This document shows, one piece after another, positions 49,284 through 62,707 of a DNA stretch of 64,000 nucleotides (position 1 is the stretch's first letter; the number at the start of each line of letters is the position of its first letter). Under the pieces are notes generated by a model. The model was not told the DNA's origin, searched no databases, and worked only from the letters and a program-made list of their open reading frames with translations. A program made the position numbers and the translations under genes. The stretch comes from an uncultured delta proteobacterium (lineage in GTDB: Bacteria > Myxococcota_A > Polyangia > Fen-1088), in the NCBI GenBank assembly GCA_963767925.1, contig CAVYGB010000008.1, forward strand, positions 1,920,001 through 1,984,000. Direction: 5' to 3'.

Positions 49284-50500
49284 AGCTCGCCTCCGGCGGC
49301 GCCCACCTCACCTACTGCACCAACATCCACGCGGGCGAGACCTGGCCCGAGATCCGGGCCAACATCGAGACCCACGTGCTGGCGGTCAAGCAGCGTGTCT
49401 GCCCCGACCGTCCCTTCGGGGTGGGCCTCCGCCTGGGGGCCGCCGCCGCCCGGGGGCTCGCCGAGCCCGGGGCCCTGACCGCCTTCGAGGAGCTGCTGGC
49501 CCGCCACGGACTCTACGTCTTCACGATCAACGCCTTCCCCTACGGGACCTTTCACGGCGAGGTGGTCAAGGAGGCCGTCTACCGGCCCGACTGGCTCGAG
49601 CCCGAGCGCCTCACCTACAGCGACGAGGTGGCCGCCATCCTCGACCGGCTCCTGCTCGCGAACCCGGGGGCCGGCGAGGGAGCGACCGGCTCGATCAGCA
49701 CCGTGCCCGGCTGTTTCCGGCCCCGGGCCGCCGAGGCCGGGGGCCCGGCCCGGATCGGCGAGCAGGTGGCTCGGCACGCCGCCACCCTCTGGCGGATCGC
49801 CGAGACCAGCGGCTCCCGCATCGCCCTGGCCCTCGAGCCCGAGCCGGAGTGCCTGTTCGAGACAACCGTCCAGGGGATCAGCTTCCTCGAGGAGCACGTC
49901 TTCTCGACGGCCGGCCGGGCCGCCTTCGCCCGCGAGAGCGGGCTGGACCCGGGTGCGGCCGAGCGGGTGCTCCGCGGGCACGTGGGCCTCTGCCTGGACG
50001 CCTGCCACGCCGCCGTGGAGTTCGAGGAGCCGGCCGCCGCGGTGGCAGCGCCCCGGGCCGCCGGCATCGGCATCTTCAAGCTCCAGGTGAGCGCCGGCCT
50101 GCGGGTGCCGGAGGCCGACGGGGAGCGCCGCGAGGCCCTCGCCCGCTTCGCCGAGGGGGTGTACCTGCACCAGGTCGTGATCCGACGCGGCGGCGAGCTG
50201 CGCCGGGTCCTCGACCTGCCGGCCGCGCTGGCCGGGCCCCCCAGCGGGGAGGGCGAGGAGTGGCGCATCCACTTCCACGTCCCGATCTTTCGCGAGTCGC
50301 TCGGTCCCTTCGCCAGCACCCAGGGCTTCCTGTCCGAGCTCCTCGCCATCCAGGCCCGGACGCCCTTCACCGACCACCTCGAGGTCGAGACCTACACCTG
50401 GGACGTGCTGCCGGAGGAGCACCGGGGCGAACCGGTCGCCGACGCGGTCGCCCGCGAGCTAAGCTGGACCCTCGACAAGCTAGGGGAGAAGAACCCGTGA
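49280..50500 (+). CDS. eboE: Metabolite traffic protein EboE (TIM barrel)
   Basis: LTYCTNIH, INAFPYG.FH..VKE.VY.PDW, EPEP, WRIHFHVP, LEVETYTW.VLP. Confidence 0.92.
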   Translation: MKLASGGAHLTYCTNIHAGETWPEIRANIETHVLAVKQRVCPDRPFGVGLRLGAAAARGLAEPGALTAFEELLARHGLYVFTINAFPYGTFHGEVVKEAVYRPDWLEPERLTYSDEVAAILDRLLLANPGAGEGATGSISTVPGCFRPRAAEAGGPARIGEQVARHAATLWRIAETSGSRIALALEPEPECLFETTVQGISFLEEHVFSTAGRAAFARESGLDPGAAERVLRGHVGLCLDACHAAVEFEEPAAAVAAPRAAGIGIFKLQVSAGLRVPEADGERREALARFAEGVYLHQVVIRRGGELRRVLDLPAALAGPPSGEGEEWRIHFHVPIFRESLGPFASTQGFLSELLAIQARTPFTDHLEVETYTWDVLPEEHRGEPVADAVARELSWTLDKLGEKNP

Positions 50501-51212
50501 CCGCACCCTCCGCCCTCACCACCGCGCTCCGGCTCGGTCGGGTCTCGAACGTTCCGACGGTATGGACCAACGTGGCGGCGGGCATGGCCCTCACGGGGGC
50601 CAGCTTGCAGCCGGCCCTGCTGGTGCTGCTGGGCTTCGCGGTGTCGCTGTTTTACGTCGGCGGGATGTACCTCAACGACGCCTTCGACGCCGCCTGGGAC
50701 CGCCAGCACCGACCCGAGCGCCCGATCCCGTCGGGCCAGGTGCGCGCCCGGACGGTCTACCTCGCCGGCTTCGCCATGCTGGCCGCCGGGCTGGTGATCG
50801 TCGCCTGCAGCACCACCAGCCGCCCTCCGCTCTACGCCGCCCTGGTTCTGTGCGGTCTGATCGTGCTCTACGACCTCTCGCACAAGAACAACCCGGCCAG
50901 CCCGGTGATCATGGCGCTGTGCCGGGTATCGGTCTATGCCCTGGCCGCCCTCTCGGTAGCGCGCCCTCCCCTGCCCCGCGGCGTCTACTTCGGCGCCGCC
51001 GCCCTGCTGCTCTACCTCATCTTCCTGAGCACGCTCGCCCGCAAGGAGACCCTGCACCCGCGCCTGCCCCGCATGATCGGCAGCCTCGTCGCCGGCATCG
51101 CCTTGCTCGACGCCGGCTTGCTCCTGATCACCGGCCACGAGCTCGCCTCGGCCCTCGCGGTGGGCGCGTTCTTCCTCACCCGCCGGCTGCAGCGCTCGTG
51201 CCGGGGAGCTGA
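50497..51212 (+). CDS. eboC: UbiA-like prenyltransferase EboC (probable frameshift near 51195)
   Basis: LGRVSNVPTVWTN, YVGGMYLNDAFD..D...RPERPIPSG, MALCR, AGIALLD. Confidence 0.85.
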
Positions 51213-51228
51213 GCCCCTCGGCCGCCGA

Positions 51229-52608
51229 TCAGCGCCCGAACAGGTGGTCGCAGCATCAGGTCCTTGACCTCGGTCGCCTGCGACCTCGGCCCTCGGGCGG
51301 CAGCAGGTCGGCCTCGCTGGTGATGAAGACCGGCCCCTCGTCCGAGTCGTCGGTGGGACGCCCGTGGGAGCCCTTCACGATCCCGGCGTCCAGTGAGATC
51401 ACGTCGAGCAGGCTGCGGAACCCGAGCTTTCGCTTGAGCAAGGTCCAGCCGACCTTGAGCCCCGGAAAGGGGATGGTCGGATCGACGAACAGCTCGACCG
51501 GGTCGTAGCCCGGCTTGCGGTGGATGTCGACCGTCCGGGCGTAGTCGGGTGCCCGATCGTCGTCGAGCCAGTGGTAGTAGGTGAACCAGCGATCGGCCCG
51601 GCTGACCGCGACGATCTCGCCCGACCGGGGGTGGTCGAGGCCGGCCGCCCGGCGCTCCTCGCCGGTCCAGACCGACTCGACGCCGTCCAGGTCCCGCAGC
51701 AGGCGCGGCCACCTCGGCGATCCGCTCCGGCGGCGCACGTAGACGTGGGCCACCTGGTGGTCGGCCACCGCGAAGGCCTCCGAAGCGCCGGCGTCGAGCT
51801 GCTCGCCCATCTGCTCGGGGCGCACCCGCAGCAGGCCGGCCTCGCGCAGGGCCCGGTTGATGTGGACGGGCCCCGCGACCTCGGTGATGCCGTATTCGGA
51901 CAGCACGATGACGGCGGCGCCCGCCTTCTCGGCGGCCGCCAGCAGAGGCTCACAGGCGGCGTCCACCGCCGCGACCTCCCGGGCGATGTCGGGGTGGTCA
52001 GGGCCGAGCCGCTGCAGGTCGTAGTCCAGGTGGGGCAGGTAGACCAGGGTCAGCGTGGGCTTGCGGGTCTCCCAGACGTGCAGCGCCGAGCGGGCGATCC
52101 AGTCGGTCGAGACCAGGTTGGCCCGCGGACCCCAGAAGTTGAACAGCGGGAAGGTGCCGAAGCGCTGCTGCAACTCGTCCCGCAGCTCGGGCGGGGCGGT
52201 GTACACGTCGGGCAGCTTGCGCCCGTCGGCCGGGTACTGCGGCCGCGGCGTGACCGCGAAGTCGACCGCCGCGTACATGTTGTACCACCAGAAGAGCTTG
52301 GCGCAGGTGAAGCTGGGATCGCGGCGGCGGGCGACGTCCCAGATCTTCTCCCCCTGCACCAGGGCGTTCGACTGCCGCCAGAACGAGACCTCGGACAGAT
52401 CGCGGAAGTACCAGCCGTTGCCGACGCAGCCGTGACCGCTGGGCGGCAGGCCGGTGGTGAAGGTCGACTGCACCGAGCAGGTGACGGCCGGCGTGATGGT
52501 GCGCAGGGGCCGCATGCCGCCGCGGGCGGCGAGCGCGGCCAGGTTGGGGGCGTAGGGAAGCAACTTCGGGGCGAGCCCGACCACGTCGAGCACGAGCGTC
52601 TGGCGCAT
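51229..52608 (-). CDS. eboF: Alkaline phosphatase/nucleotide pyrophosphatase EboF (frameshifts in the 3' part)
   Basis: PAVTCSVQST, GNGWYFRD, LFWWYNM, YLPHLDYDLQR, VDIHRKPGYDPVELF, VKGSHG. Confidence 0.9.
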
Positions 52609-52619
52609 GAAGGCTCCGC

Positions 52620-53507
52620 TCAGGAATCGACGCGCGGCTGCTGGCCGCGCAGGACGGAGTTGCCTTCCCAGAGCTGCCGCTGATCGATCTTGGCGGCGTC
52701 GGGCTCGTCGGCGAGGTCGAGCCGTCCACTCTGGGCGAAGAAGCGCACCGGGTTCCGCCACAGCACCAGCTCGATGTCGGCCTCGGGGATGCCCGCCTGG
52801 CGCATGGCCGCCGCGGTCTTCGGCACCTTGAGGGGATCGCTGACCCCCCAGTCGGCGGCGCTGTTGACGATGATCCGCTCAGGGCCGTAGCGCTGGACCA
52901 GCGCCACCATCCGCCCCTCGTCCATCTTGGTCATCGGATAGATCGAGTGTCCGGCCCAGCAGCCCGACTCCAGCACCAGGGGCAAGGTCTCCTCGTTGTT
53001 GTGATCGACGAGGGTCAGCTCGGCGGGGAACCCCACCTCCTTGACCAGGGCCGAGCGTGCGCTCGGTGCCGCGCTTCTTGTCCCGGTGGGGCGTGTGGAT
53101 GAGGATCGGCAGGGCGAATTCGCGCGCCAGCTCGATCTGCGCCCGGAAGTAGCGGTCCTCGGCGTCGGTCTGGTCGTCGTAGCCGATCTCGCCGACCGCC
53201 ACGACCCCGTCTTTGGCCAGGTAGCGGCGCAGGAGCGCGATCAACCCCGTCGGCCACCTTGGGGTTGTTGGCCTCCTTGGGGTTGAGGGCCAGCGTGCAG
53301 AAGTGACGGATGCCGAACTGCTGGGCCCGGAAGCGTTCCCAGCCCGAGCAGGGACAGGAAGTAGTCCTCGAAGGTGCCGACGTGGGTGCGCGGCTGGCCG
53401 ACCCAGAAGGCCGGCTCGACGATCGCCGCGATCCCGGCGTCGGCCATCGCCTGGTAGTCGTCGGTCGTGCGCGAGGTCATGTGGATGTGCGGATCAAACA
53501 GGCGCAT
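52620..53507 (-). CDS. eboB: TatD-like hydrolase EboB (about three frameshifts)
   Basis: FDPHIHMTSRTTDDY, EPAFWVGQPRT / GEIGYDD, HTPHRDKKRGT / DHNNEET, NSAADWGVSDPL spread over several frames. Confidence 0.88.
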
Positions 53508-54162
53508 TCGGCGTTCCTCCCAGAATGAAGTCCACGTCGGCCGGGACCGGTCGCCCCGCCGCCCGGCGCTCGCTGGCGTAGTCCGCCACCATCCGCCTCA
53601 GCTCGGCGTTGTTCCGCTCGGGCAGGCCCCGCACGCGCGCGAGGGGCAGGCCGTTGAAGAGGGCCTTCATGACGAGCTGGTTGAAGGCGAGCTCCGGCAT
53701 GTGGCGCGCGGGGAACGGGTTGTCGCAGGCGAGCGCCTCCAGCACCGACACCGCGTTCGTCCGCACCGCGTCAGCGGCGAGCGCTGCGTACCGCGCCGGC
53801 TCCGGCAGGTAGGCGAGCACCCGCACCACCGCCTGCTGCTCGCGCAGCTCACCTTGAGCGTAGAGGTCGCTCACCGCCTCGGCGGTGGTCCCGGTCGCCG
53901 CCAGCAGCAGCAGGGCCCGGCCGACCTCGTCCAGCCCCCACCCCAGGGGCTGGAAGGGGACCGCCGGATCGGCCAGCGTCCCGCCCTCCGCGCTCGGCGC
54001 GATCGACTTGCCGAGCCGCCGGCCACACGCGCTCCAGGCCACGGCGAACGCCTCGTTACCGATACCCGTGCGGCGGGCACTTGCCAGCGCGCTCTCGTAC
54101 CAGGTTCGGGTGTCGCCCGACAGAAGGCCGGTCAACCAGTCTTGCAGCGGCAACAGGGACAC
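53494..54162 (-). CDS. eboA: EboA domain protein
   Basis: DEVGRALLL, GELREQQAV...L, VRTN..VLEALACDNPFP, FNQLVMKALF. Confidence 0.88.
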   Translation of the reverse strand: MSLLPLQDWLTGLLSGDTRTWYESALASARRTGIGNEAFAVAWSACGRRLGKSIAPSAEGGTLADPAVPFQPLGWGLDEVGRALLLLAATGTTAEAVSDLYAQGELREQQAVVRVLAYLPEPARYAALAADAVRTNAVSVLEALACDNPFPARHMPELAFNQLVMKALFNGLPLARVRGLPERNNAELRRMVADYASERRAAGRPVPADVDFILGGTPNAPV

Positions 54163-54189
54163 GGCCGCCTAGTACTACTACGTCGGAGC

Positions 54190-54250
54190 AAATAAAAAAG
54201 GGAGAAACAGGGCGGGGCCGCCTCCGGCTCCCTCCCCGTTCCTCCCTTTG
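54190..54250 (-). terminator. Probable intrinsic terminator after the sigma gene
   Basis: Minus strand AAAGGGAGGAACGGGGAGGGAGCCG..CGGCCCCGCCCTGTTTCTCCCTTTTTTATTT: long imperfect stem followed by a U-tract. Confidence 0.65.
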
Positions 54251-54288
54251 CTGCCGATCCTTCCGCCCCAGAGGGCGGGGCGCGCGAC

Positions 54289-55878
<1,590 letters not shown>

Positions 55879-56140
55879 TCCTTTTTTGCGCTCCGGAGCA
55901 CGTTTCGTGCCCGCATACCTACTACGGCCGCCAGCCCGGAAATATTCCTATTGGCGCCACTGAGATAGATGCTCAAATCCTCTCATCGGTCACACGCCTC
56001 CACTCATTGAGTCGCGGGACCCACGTCCCGTTAGACACCCTTGAAATAAGTTTTGGTGTCGACCTTCGTCGGCGGCAGCGGGGAGGGAGCCCTAAATGCT
56101 CCTGGGCTGCGTCGACGCCGGGCCCCCGGCAAGAGTGGCG

Positions 56141-57589
56141 TCAGTCGGCCGGGCGCTCGCAAAGCATGATGACGCTTCGCGACGTAGACCCGAAGAAGTA
56201 ACCCTGGGTGGCAACGCCGCCCGACACCTCGAGCACGCGGAACCCCGCCTGGCGAAGGAGCTTTCCGATCTCGTGCAGGCTGTAGGCGCGGATGGACATG
56301 TCGTGCTCGACCTGGCGGCCGTCCTGAAACACCACCGACCGGCGCACCGTCAGCCGACTCGTCTGGTAATTGAAGTCGACTTCCTCCAGGACCACACATC
56401 CTTCCCCCTCCCACCACACCCGTGTGGGCAACCCGGACACGATGTAGTCCCGGTTGATGGTGTCGACGAGGAAGCGCCCGCCGGGCCGCAACGCGCGACA
56501 GATGCTCGACGCTACCTTGAGGTTGGCCTCCTCGTCGAAGTACCCGAAGGAGGTGAGGAAGCTGTAGGCGCCATCGAACTGGTTCTCGAAGGCCATCTCG
56601 CGCATGTCGGCGTGTACGAAATTCACCGACAGCGCCCGCCGCTGCGACTCGTCGGCGGCCCGGATCAGGAGCGGCAGGGAGAGGTCGATCCCCGTCACCC
56701 GGTAGCCGCCCTGCCCGAGCTCGATGGCGTGGCGGCCATAGCCGCAGCCGACGTCCAGGATCTCGCCGTCGGAGGGTGGCCGCAGCGACTGCTTGATGAA
56801 CGCCACCTCGCGCAGGGTCTGGTCGGGCGTCATGAACGGAAGCGTGCGCAGGTAGTCCTCGTCGAACGCCTCCTCGAACCAGGGCTTGAGCCGCTTGCGG
56901 CGCGGGCGCTGCGAGAGCGCCTCCGCCCAGGTCGCGCCCGGCTGCAGGAAGGGATGAACCGGGGCGGGCGCGGGCGCAGCCGCCGCTGGCGAGACGGTCG
57001 CCGGCGCCGGCGCCGCGGCCGACAGCACCGGGGACCCGGCCGCCGGCGTCGCCCGCGGGCGGTTGCTCCGCTTGGGTGGTGCAGGCGGCAAGGCCGAGGG
57101 CCGGCCGCCCGCCGAGGCCACCAGGCGCTCTGCGGCGGCTTCGCCGTCGGGCGAGAGCCGGGCCATCGCCGGGGCACGGGCCTCGAGCCGGGTGGGCGGT
57201 GGGATCGGCCGCCGGGGCTTCGAGGGAGCGGCGGGGCGTTCCCCCTCGACGACCGGGGCCGGGGTTGGCGCCGAGTCCTCCTCGAACAGGGCGTCCGGCT
57301 CGGCGAACTCCACCTCCTCGACCGGCAAGGGCACGGTGCCCTCCTCCGCCATGGCGCTGGCCGGCTGGGCCGACCAGGGCTTGATCTGTGCCCCGAGCGC
57401 CGGACCGTTGGCGGCCCGCTCCGATCCGCCCGGCTGGGGCAGGCCCTTGACCACCGGGGACCGCGCCTCGAGAGGAATGATCTCCGGGGTCGGGGTGGCG
57501 GGTTCCAGGGTCACATCGGGTGGAGGGGTGATCGGTTCCTGAACGCCCAGCCCGGTTGCGGTCGGCGGAGGATTGGGCGTCTTCGGCAT
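56141..57589 (-). CDS. Class I SAM methyltransferase with long Pro/Ala-rich N-terminus
   Basis: [34 protein letters not shown]. Confidence 0.88.
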   Translation of the reverse strand: MPKTPNPPPTATGLGVQEPITPPPDVTLEPATPTPEIIPLEARSPVVKGLPQPGGSERAANGPALGAQIKPWSAQPASAMAEEGTVPLPVEEVEFAEPDALFEEDSAPTPAPVVEGERPAAPSKPRRPIPPPTRLEARAPAMARLSPDGEAAAERLVASAGGRPSALPPAPPKRSNRPRATPAAGSPVLSAAAPAPATVSPAAAAPAPAPVHPFLQPGATWAEALSQRPRRKRLKPWFEEAFDEDYLRTLPFMTPDQTLREVAFIKQSLRPPSDGEILDVGCGYGRHAIELGQGGYRVTGIDLSLPLLIRAADESQRRALSVNFVHADMREMAFENQFDGAYSFLTSFGYFDEEANLKVASSICRALRPGGRFLVDTINRDYIVSGLPTRVWWEGEGCVVLEEVDFNYQTSRLTVRRSVVFQDGRQVEHDMSIRAYSLHEIGKLLRQAGFRVLEVSGGVATQGYFFGSTSRSVIMLCERPAD

Positions 57590-57597
57590 GGCCTCCC

Positions 57598-58476
57598 TCA
57601 GCTCCGCGCGCGCAGTCGGCCGACCGGAGCACCCATACGTGTCGTCGCCCCCCGCTCGAAGCGATCGAGGGACACCGAGCCCGGCTCGAAGACGATGATC
57701 GTCGTCGATCCGAGGTTGAAGATCCCGAGCTCGTCGCCTCGTGCGATTGGCACGGGTTCGGCGAAGTGCTTGTGCCGGACGTTCCCCCGGGAGAAGCCGT
57801 TGCCGTGGGTGGAGACCTCCGGATCGTAGCTGGCCGTGATGTGACCGACCCCGACGGCGGCCACCATCACCACGGCACACAGCCCGGCCGGCCCCTCGAT
57901 CACGGTGACGAAGCGTTCGTTCTTGCTGAACAGGCCCGGCTCGCGGGCCACGCTCCGGTCGTTGACCGGAAACAGCCGGCCCGGCACATGATGCCACGCA
58001 ACAACCTTGCCCCCCACGGGGGCATGGACACGGTGGTAGTCCCTCGGCGAGAGGTAGGTCGCGAGGTAGGCACCGCCCTCCAGCCGCCTGGCTGCCTCTC
58101 CGTCGGCCAGGAGGTCGGCCAGAGTGAAACCGGCGTCCTTGGCGTCGAGGAGGTGCCCGGTCGTGACCGTGCCCCCCTCGATGACGGTTCCGTCGGCCGT
58201 GGAGACGACCACATGTGGGTCGGACGGCAGCGGACGGGCACCGGGGCGCAGGCGCCGGGTGAAGAACTCCTGCAGCCCGCTGTATTGCTCGAGGGGCTTC
58301 TCCGCCTCGCCAACATCGATGCCGTACTGGCTGGCGAACCGGCGCAAGAAGGCCCCCCGCAGCGAAGCGGGGAGCGAGCGGGTCGCACCCCATCCGATGA
58401 TCTGCGACAGGGCCCTCTGGGGCGTCATCCGCCAGGCGGAGCGAGCCATGCGCTCGCCGAAAGAAAGGGTGGACAT
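57598..58476 (-). CDS. psd: Phosphatidylserine decarboxylase
   Basis: [37 protein letters not shown] autocleavage motif. Confidence 0.92.
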   Translation of the reverse strand: MSTLSFGERMARSAWRMTPQRALSQIIGWGATRSLPASLRGAFLRRFASQYGIDVGEAEKPLEQYSGLQEFFTRRLRPGARPLPSDPHVVVSTADGTVIEGGTVTTGHLLDAKDAGFTLADLLADGEAARRLEGGAYLATYLSPRDYHRVHAPVGGKVVAWHHVPGRLFPVNDRSVAREPGLFSKNERFVTVIEGPAGLCAVVMVAAVGVGHITASYDPEVSTHGNGFSRGNVRHKHFAEPVPIARGDELGIFNLGSTTIIVFEPGSVSLDRFERGATTRMGAPVGRLRARS

Positions 58477-58550
58477 GCGGAATTCTCCGCTCGAAAGGCG
58501 GGCATTTGACTTTAGGCCACCGGGCGACCGGCGTCAAAGGAAGCGGAGAG

Positions 58551-58588
58551 CAAAAGCAAAACGGCGAGCCGGAGATCCGGCTCGCCGT
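58551..58588 (-). terminator. Intrinsic terminator after glnA
   Basis: ACGGCGAGCCGG-agat-CCGGCTCGCCGT perfect stem, followed on the minus strand by TTTGCTTTTG. Confidence 0.8.
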
Positions 58589-58644
58589 CACTTCAGGCGC
58601 GTTGGTCGCGAGGTAGGAGCGAGGTGCTCGTCCCCCGGAGGGAC

Positions 58645-60062
58645 CTAGTTGTCGAAGTAGAGCGCGAACTCGAGCGTGGTCGGCCGCAGGCGGGCCGGCT
58701 TGATCTCGTTCTCCTCTTTCCAGTCGACCCAGGCGTCGATCACGTCCTGGGTGAACACGTCGCCCTTGCGCAGGAAGGTGTGGTTCTTGCGGAGGTTTCC
58801 GATGGACTCCTCGAGCGAGCCGGGCGCCTTGGGCACGTCCTTGAGCTCCTCGGGCGACAGGGCGTAGATGTCCTTGTCGAGCGGCTGGCCGGGGTTGGCC
58901 TTGGTCTGGATGCCGTCGAGGCCCGCCATCAACATGGCGGGGAACGCCAGGTAGGGGTTGGTGGTCGGATCGGGGCAACGGAACTCCAGGCGCTTGGCCT
59001 TCGGCGAGGCCCCGCTGACGGGGATACGCACCGACGCCGACCGGTTGCGCGAGGAGTAGGCCAGGTTGACCGGCGCCTCGTAGCCCGGGACCAGACGACG
59101 GTAGCTGTTCAGGCCGGGGTTGGTGATGGCCAGGAACGACGGGAGCGTGCTTGAGCAGGCCGCCGATGTAGTTGAGCGCCAGGTCCGACAGACCGGCGTA
59201 CTTGTCACCGGCGAAGAGGTTCTTCTCGTCCTTCCAGATCGACTGGTGACAGTGCATGCCCGAGCCGTTGTCGCCGAAGATCGGCTTCGGCATGAACGTC
59301 GCGACCTTGCCGTGGCGGCGGGCGATGTTCTTGACGATGTACTTGTACCACATGGTCCAGTCGGCCATCTTGACCAGGCGAGTTGAAGCGCATCGACAGC
59401 TCGCACTGACCGCCGCTGGCGACCTCGTGATGGTGCACCTCGACCGGGATGCCCGACCGCCTCGAGCGTCAGCGACATCTCGTTGCGGATGTCGGTCAGC
59501 GTGTCGGTCGGCGGCACCGGGAAGTAACCGCCCTTGAAGGCCGGCTTGTAACCCAGGTTCGGGCCCTCGGCGCTGCCAGCGTTCCAGCGGCCTTCGGCCG
59601 AGTCGATCGTGTAAAAGGAGGTATTCGGACCCTCGGAGAAGCGGACGTCGTCGAAGATGAAGAACTCGGGCTCCGGGCCGAAGTAGGCCGTGTCGCCGAT
59701 CCCGGTCTGCTTCAGGTACTGCTCGGCCTTGCGGGCGATGTAGCGAGGGTCTCGGCTGTACGGCTGGCGGGTGACCGCATCCACGATGTCGCAGATCAGC
59801 GACAACGTGGGCTGGGCGAAGAACGGATCCATCACGGCGGTGGTCGAGTCGGGGATGAAGACCATGTCCGACTCGTTGATGGCCTTCCATCCGCGAATCG
59901 AGCTGCCGTCGAAGCCGAAGCCCTCGCTGAACGAGTCCTCCTGCCAGCTTCTGCGATCGGCATCGTCGTGTGCTGCCAGATCCCGAGCATGTCGACGAAC
60001 TTGAAGTCGACGAACTTGGCCCCATTCTTCTCTGCGAACTTCAGTGCTTCGGCTGGTGTCAT
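58645..60062 (-). CDS. glnA: Type I glutamine synthetase (about four 1-nt frameshifts)
   Basis: [73 protein letters not shown] spread over shifting frames. Confidence 0.95.
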
Positions 60063-60179
60063 GGCTCCTTCTCCTCCTTGGACCACACTATCGCAAAGGC
60101 CTGGCGCGGGAACGCGAGCGAGCGAGCGGGGCGCCCGCTTCCGTCACGGGAGAACGAACCAGGCCGGGTCACGTCTTGC

Positions 60180-60707
<528 letters not shown>

Positions 60708-60832
60708 TTAAATGGCCAAAAACACAGAGCACTTTTCCTTCGCCGCAGGAGGACACCCCGGACCCGCAATTTGTTTGCAGGGGAGATATTCCTGTGTTAC
60801 TAGCCGGACGTTCGGGGTTTCCGAAGGCACGT

Positions 60833-61870
60833 ATGGACTTCATGTTTGAGGACGAAGTCGATGAAGTCGGCTCTGACGTCGAGGCCTATTGCCCCAAGTG
60901 CAAGGCCGATACGACGCATGTAGTTATTTCCAAATACGAGGAGGAGATCCGCAGGGTTCAATGCAACCCCTGCGGGGACGTGCACTCCTTCCGCAAGCCG
61001 CGGGGTGAAGCCGAGGACGACGTCCCGGAGCCTGTTGCAGCGCGCAAACGCGCGATGTTGAAAAAACCTGGCTGGGAGGAGTTCTTCGCCCGCCGGTCCC
61101 CGAACGACGCCAAGCCCTACGAGTTTCGCGAGGCGTACCGGGAGAACATCATTGTTCACCACCCGAAGTTCGGGGTGGGCTTCGTCTCGGAGGTCGTCTC
61201 GGACAGCAAGGTCGAGATCACTTTCCAGGACGCGCGCCGGATCCTCGTGCACAACCGGCGGGACATTCCCGGGCTGCCCCTCGCCGCCGAGGGCGACGGG
61301 ATGCCCACCCCCAGCAAGGGGGCGAACGCGGCCAAAGAAGCGGCCCGCGAGGCTGCCAAGGAGGCCGCGCGCGAGGCGACCCGGGAGGCCCGCGAGTCGG
61401 CCCGGGAAGCTGCCCGCGAGGCTGCTCGGGAGGCGGCCGCCCGCGAGGGCGCCGGCGCCAAGGACGCGAGCAGCAAGGACGCCGGTGGCGGCAAGGACGC
61501 CGCCAGGGACAGCGGCAAAGAAGGTGGCAAGGACGCCGGCAAGGAAAGCAGCAAGGAGCCGAAGGCGGCAGCCAAGGCCGCTGCCAGGCCCGCTCCGCTC
61601 GCCAAGGCCCCGGCGCCCGCGCCGAAAGCCCCACCCCCCGCACCCAAGGCCCCGCCCCCTCCCGTGAAGGAAGCGGCCCGCCCGGTTGCCAAGGAAGCCG
61701 CCAAGCCTGCTCCCGCCGCCAAGGGCAAGCCGATGCGACCGGCCGTGGCGGTGAAGGCCGCCAAGGCAGCCGCGCCTCGCGGCGGCAAGGCCACGGGCAA
61801 GACCGCCGCCAAGTCGGCTGCCAAGAAGCCAGCGCCGAAGGCCAAGAAGAAGGCCGGCAAGAAGCACTAG
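60833..61870 (+). CDS. Zn-ribbon protein with histone H1-like Ala/Lys/Pro tail
   Basis: CPKC..H..CNPC..H, HPKFGVGFV; AAREAAKE repeats, KDAG repeats and a KA-rich end. Confidence 0.8.
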   Translation: MDFMFEDEVDEVGSDVEAYCPKCKADTTHVVISKYEEEIRRVQCNPCGDVHSFRKPRGEAEDDVPEPVAARKRAMLKKPGWEEFFARRSPNDAKPYEFREAYRENIIVHHPKFGVGFVSEVVSDSKVEITFQDARRILVHNRRDIPGLPLAAEGDGMPTPSKGANAAKEAAREAAKEAAREATREARESAREAAREAAREAAAREGAGAKDASSKDAGGGKDAARDSGKEGGKDAGKESSKEPKAAAKAAARPAPLAKAPAPAPKAPPPAPKAPPPPVKEAARPVAKEAAKPAPAAKGKPMRPAVAVKAAKAAAPRGGKATGKTAAKSAAKKPAPKAKKKAGKKH

Positions 61871-61996
61871 CCGGCCCAGCCAGGCAGCAGGGGCCAACCG
61901 AGGCCTCGCGACCCAGCTTGGTGGCTGTGCTGCTGACGCCAGCCGAGCAGCCGGGAGGGAGCCTGAGGCCGGAGCCCGGCCTCGCTGGACGTGGTG

Positions 61997-62707
61997 CTAG
62001 CGAATCAGCAGCACGTAGACGTCGTAGAGCGCGTGCGTGTAGACGGCCACCGCGAGGCCGCGGAGCGAGAACAGCAGGCCGAAGAAGACGCCGGCCAGGG
62101 CGCGGAAGGTGAAGATGTCTACCTTCAGCGGATCGCCGTAAGGGGGGATGTGGTGGGCGGCGGAGAAGGCCAGGGACGACACGACGAGCGCGACCGCCAG
62201 CGAGGGCCAGCGGCCCCAGCCGAAGACCTTGTCCCCGATGTAGGCCAGGCCGCCCAGCAGGCCCAGCCGGAAGACCAGCTCCTCGTAGACGCCGGCGCCC
62301 AGAGACATCACCAGCCGGGCGACGATGCCCTGCTGCTCGATCGCCGCCGATAGGACGGGCGAGATGCCGAAGACCTTCGTCATCACGAGGACGATGAGCG
62401 AGCCCATCGTCAGGGCGTAGATCGTGCTTTCGAGCACGATGGGGACGACGATGCGGGTCTGGAAGGGCTGATGTTGCCGGCGCAAGGCGACCAGGCAGAC
62501 GAGGAACGCGCCCGTCACCACCGCCACGAACATCAGGTACTGGATCTGGGTGAAGCCAAGCTGCCCGAACAGCAGGCCGGACACGAAGTCCGCGCCGTTG
62601 AGCATGGGGTAAGTGACCAGAACCCCGAGCTGATAGATGAGCAGCAGCGGGAAGATGAGGATCAGGTTCGTGAGCAGATTGCGGCTCTGGTCGATGCGCG
62701 GGCTCAT
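61997..62707 (-). CDS. CPBP/Abi family intramembrane metalloprotease
   Basis: AGVYEELVFR, FSAAHH, YTHALYD; multiple TM segments. Confidence 0.88.
   Translation of the reverse strand: MSPRIDQSRNLLTNLILIFPLLLIYQLGVLVTYPMLNGADFVSGLLFGQLGFTQIQYLMFVAVVTGAFLVCLVALRRQHQPFQTRIVVPIVLESTIYALTMGSLIVLVMTKVFGISPVLSAAIEQQGIVARLVMSLGAGVYEELVFRLGLLGGLAYIGDKVFGWGRWPSLAVALVVSSLAFSAAHHIPPYGDPLKVDIFTFRALAGVFFGLLFSLRGLAVAVYTHALYDVYVLLIR

Noticed and set aside
56141..60025. 1294-aa ORF suggesting a GlnA-methyltransferase fusion
   Set aside because: Artefact of a glnA frameshift segment plus a frame left open across psd; a terminator separates glnA from psd.
61320..61560. Tandem DNA repeats as a possible CRISPR array
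   Set aside because: In-frame coding repeats (AARE, KDAG) without unique spacers; no cas genes or arrays seen anywhere in the window.
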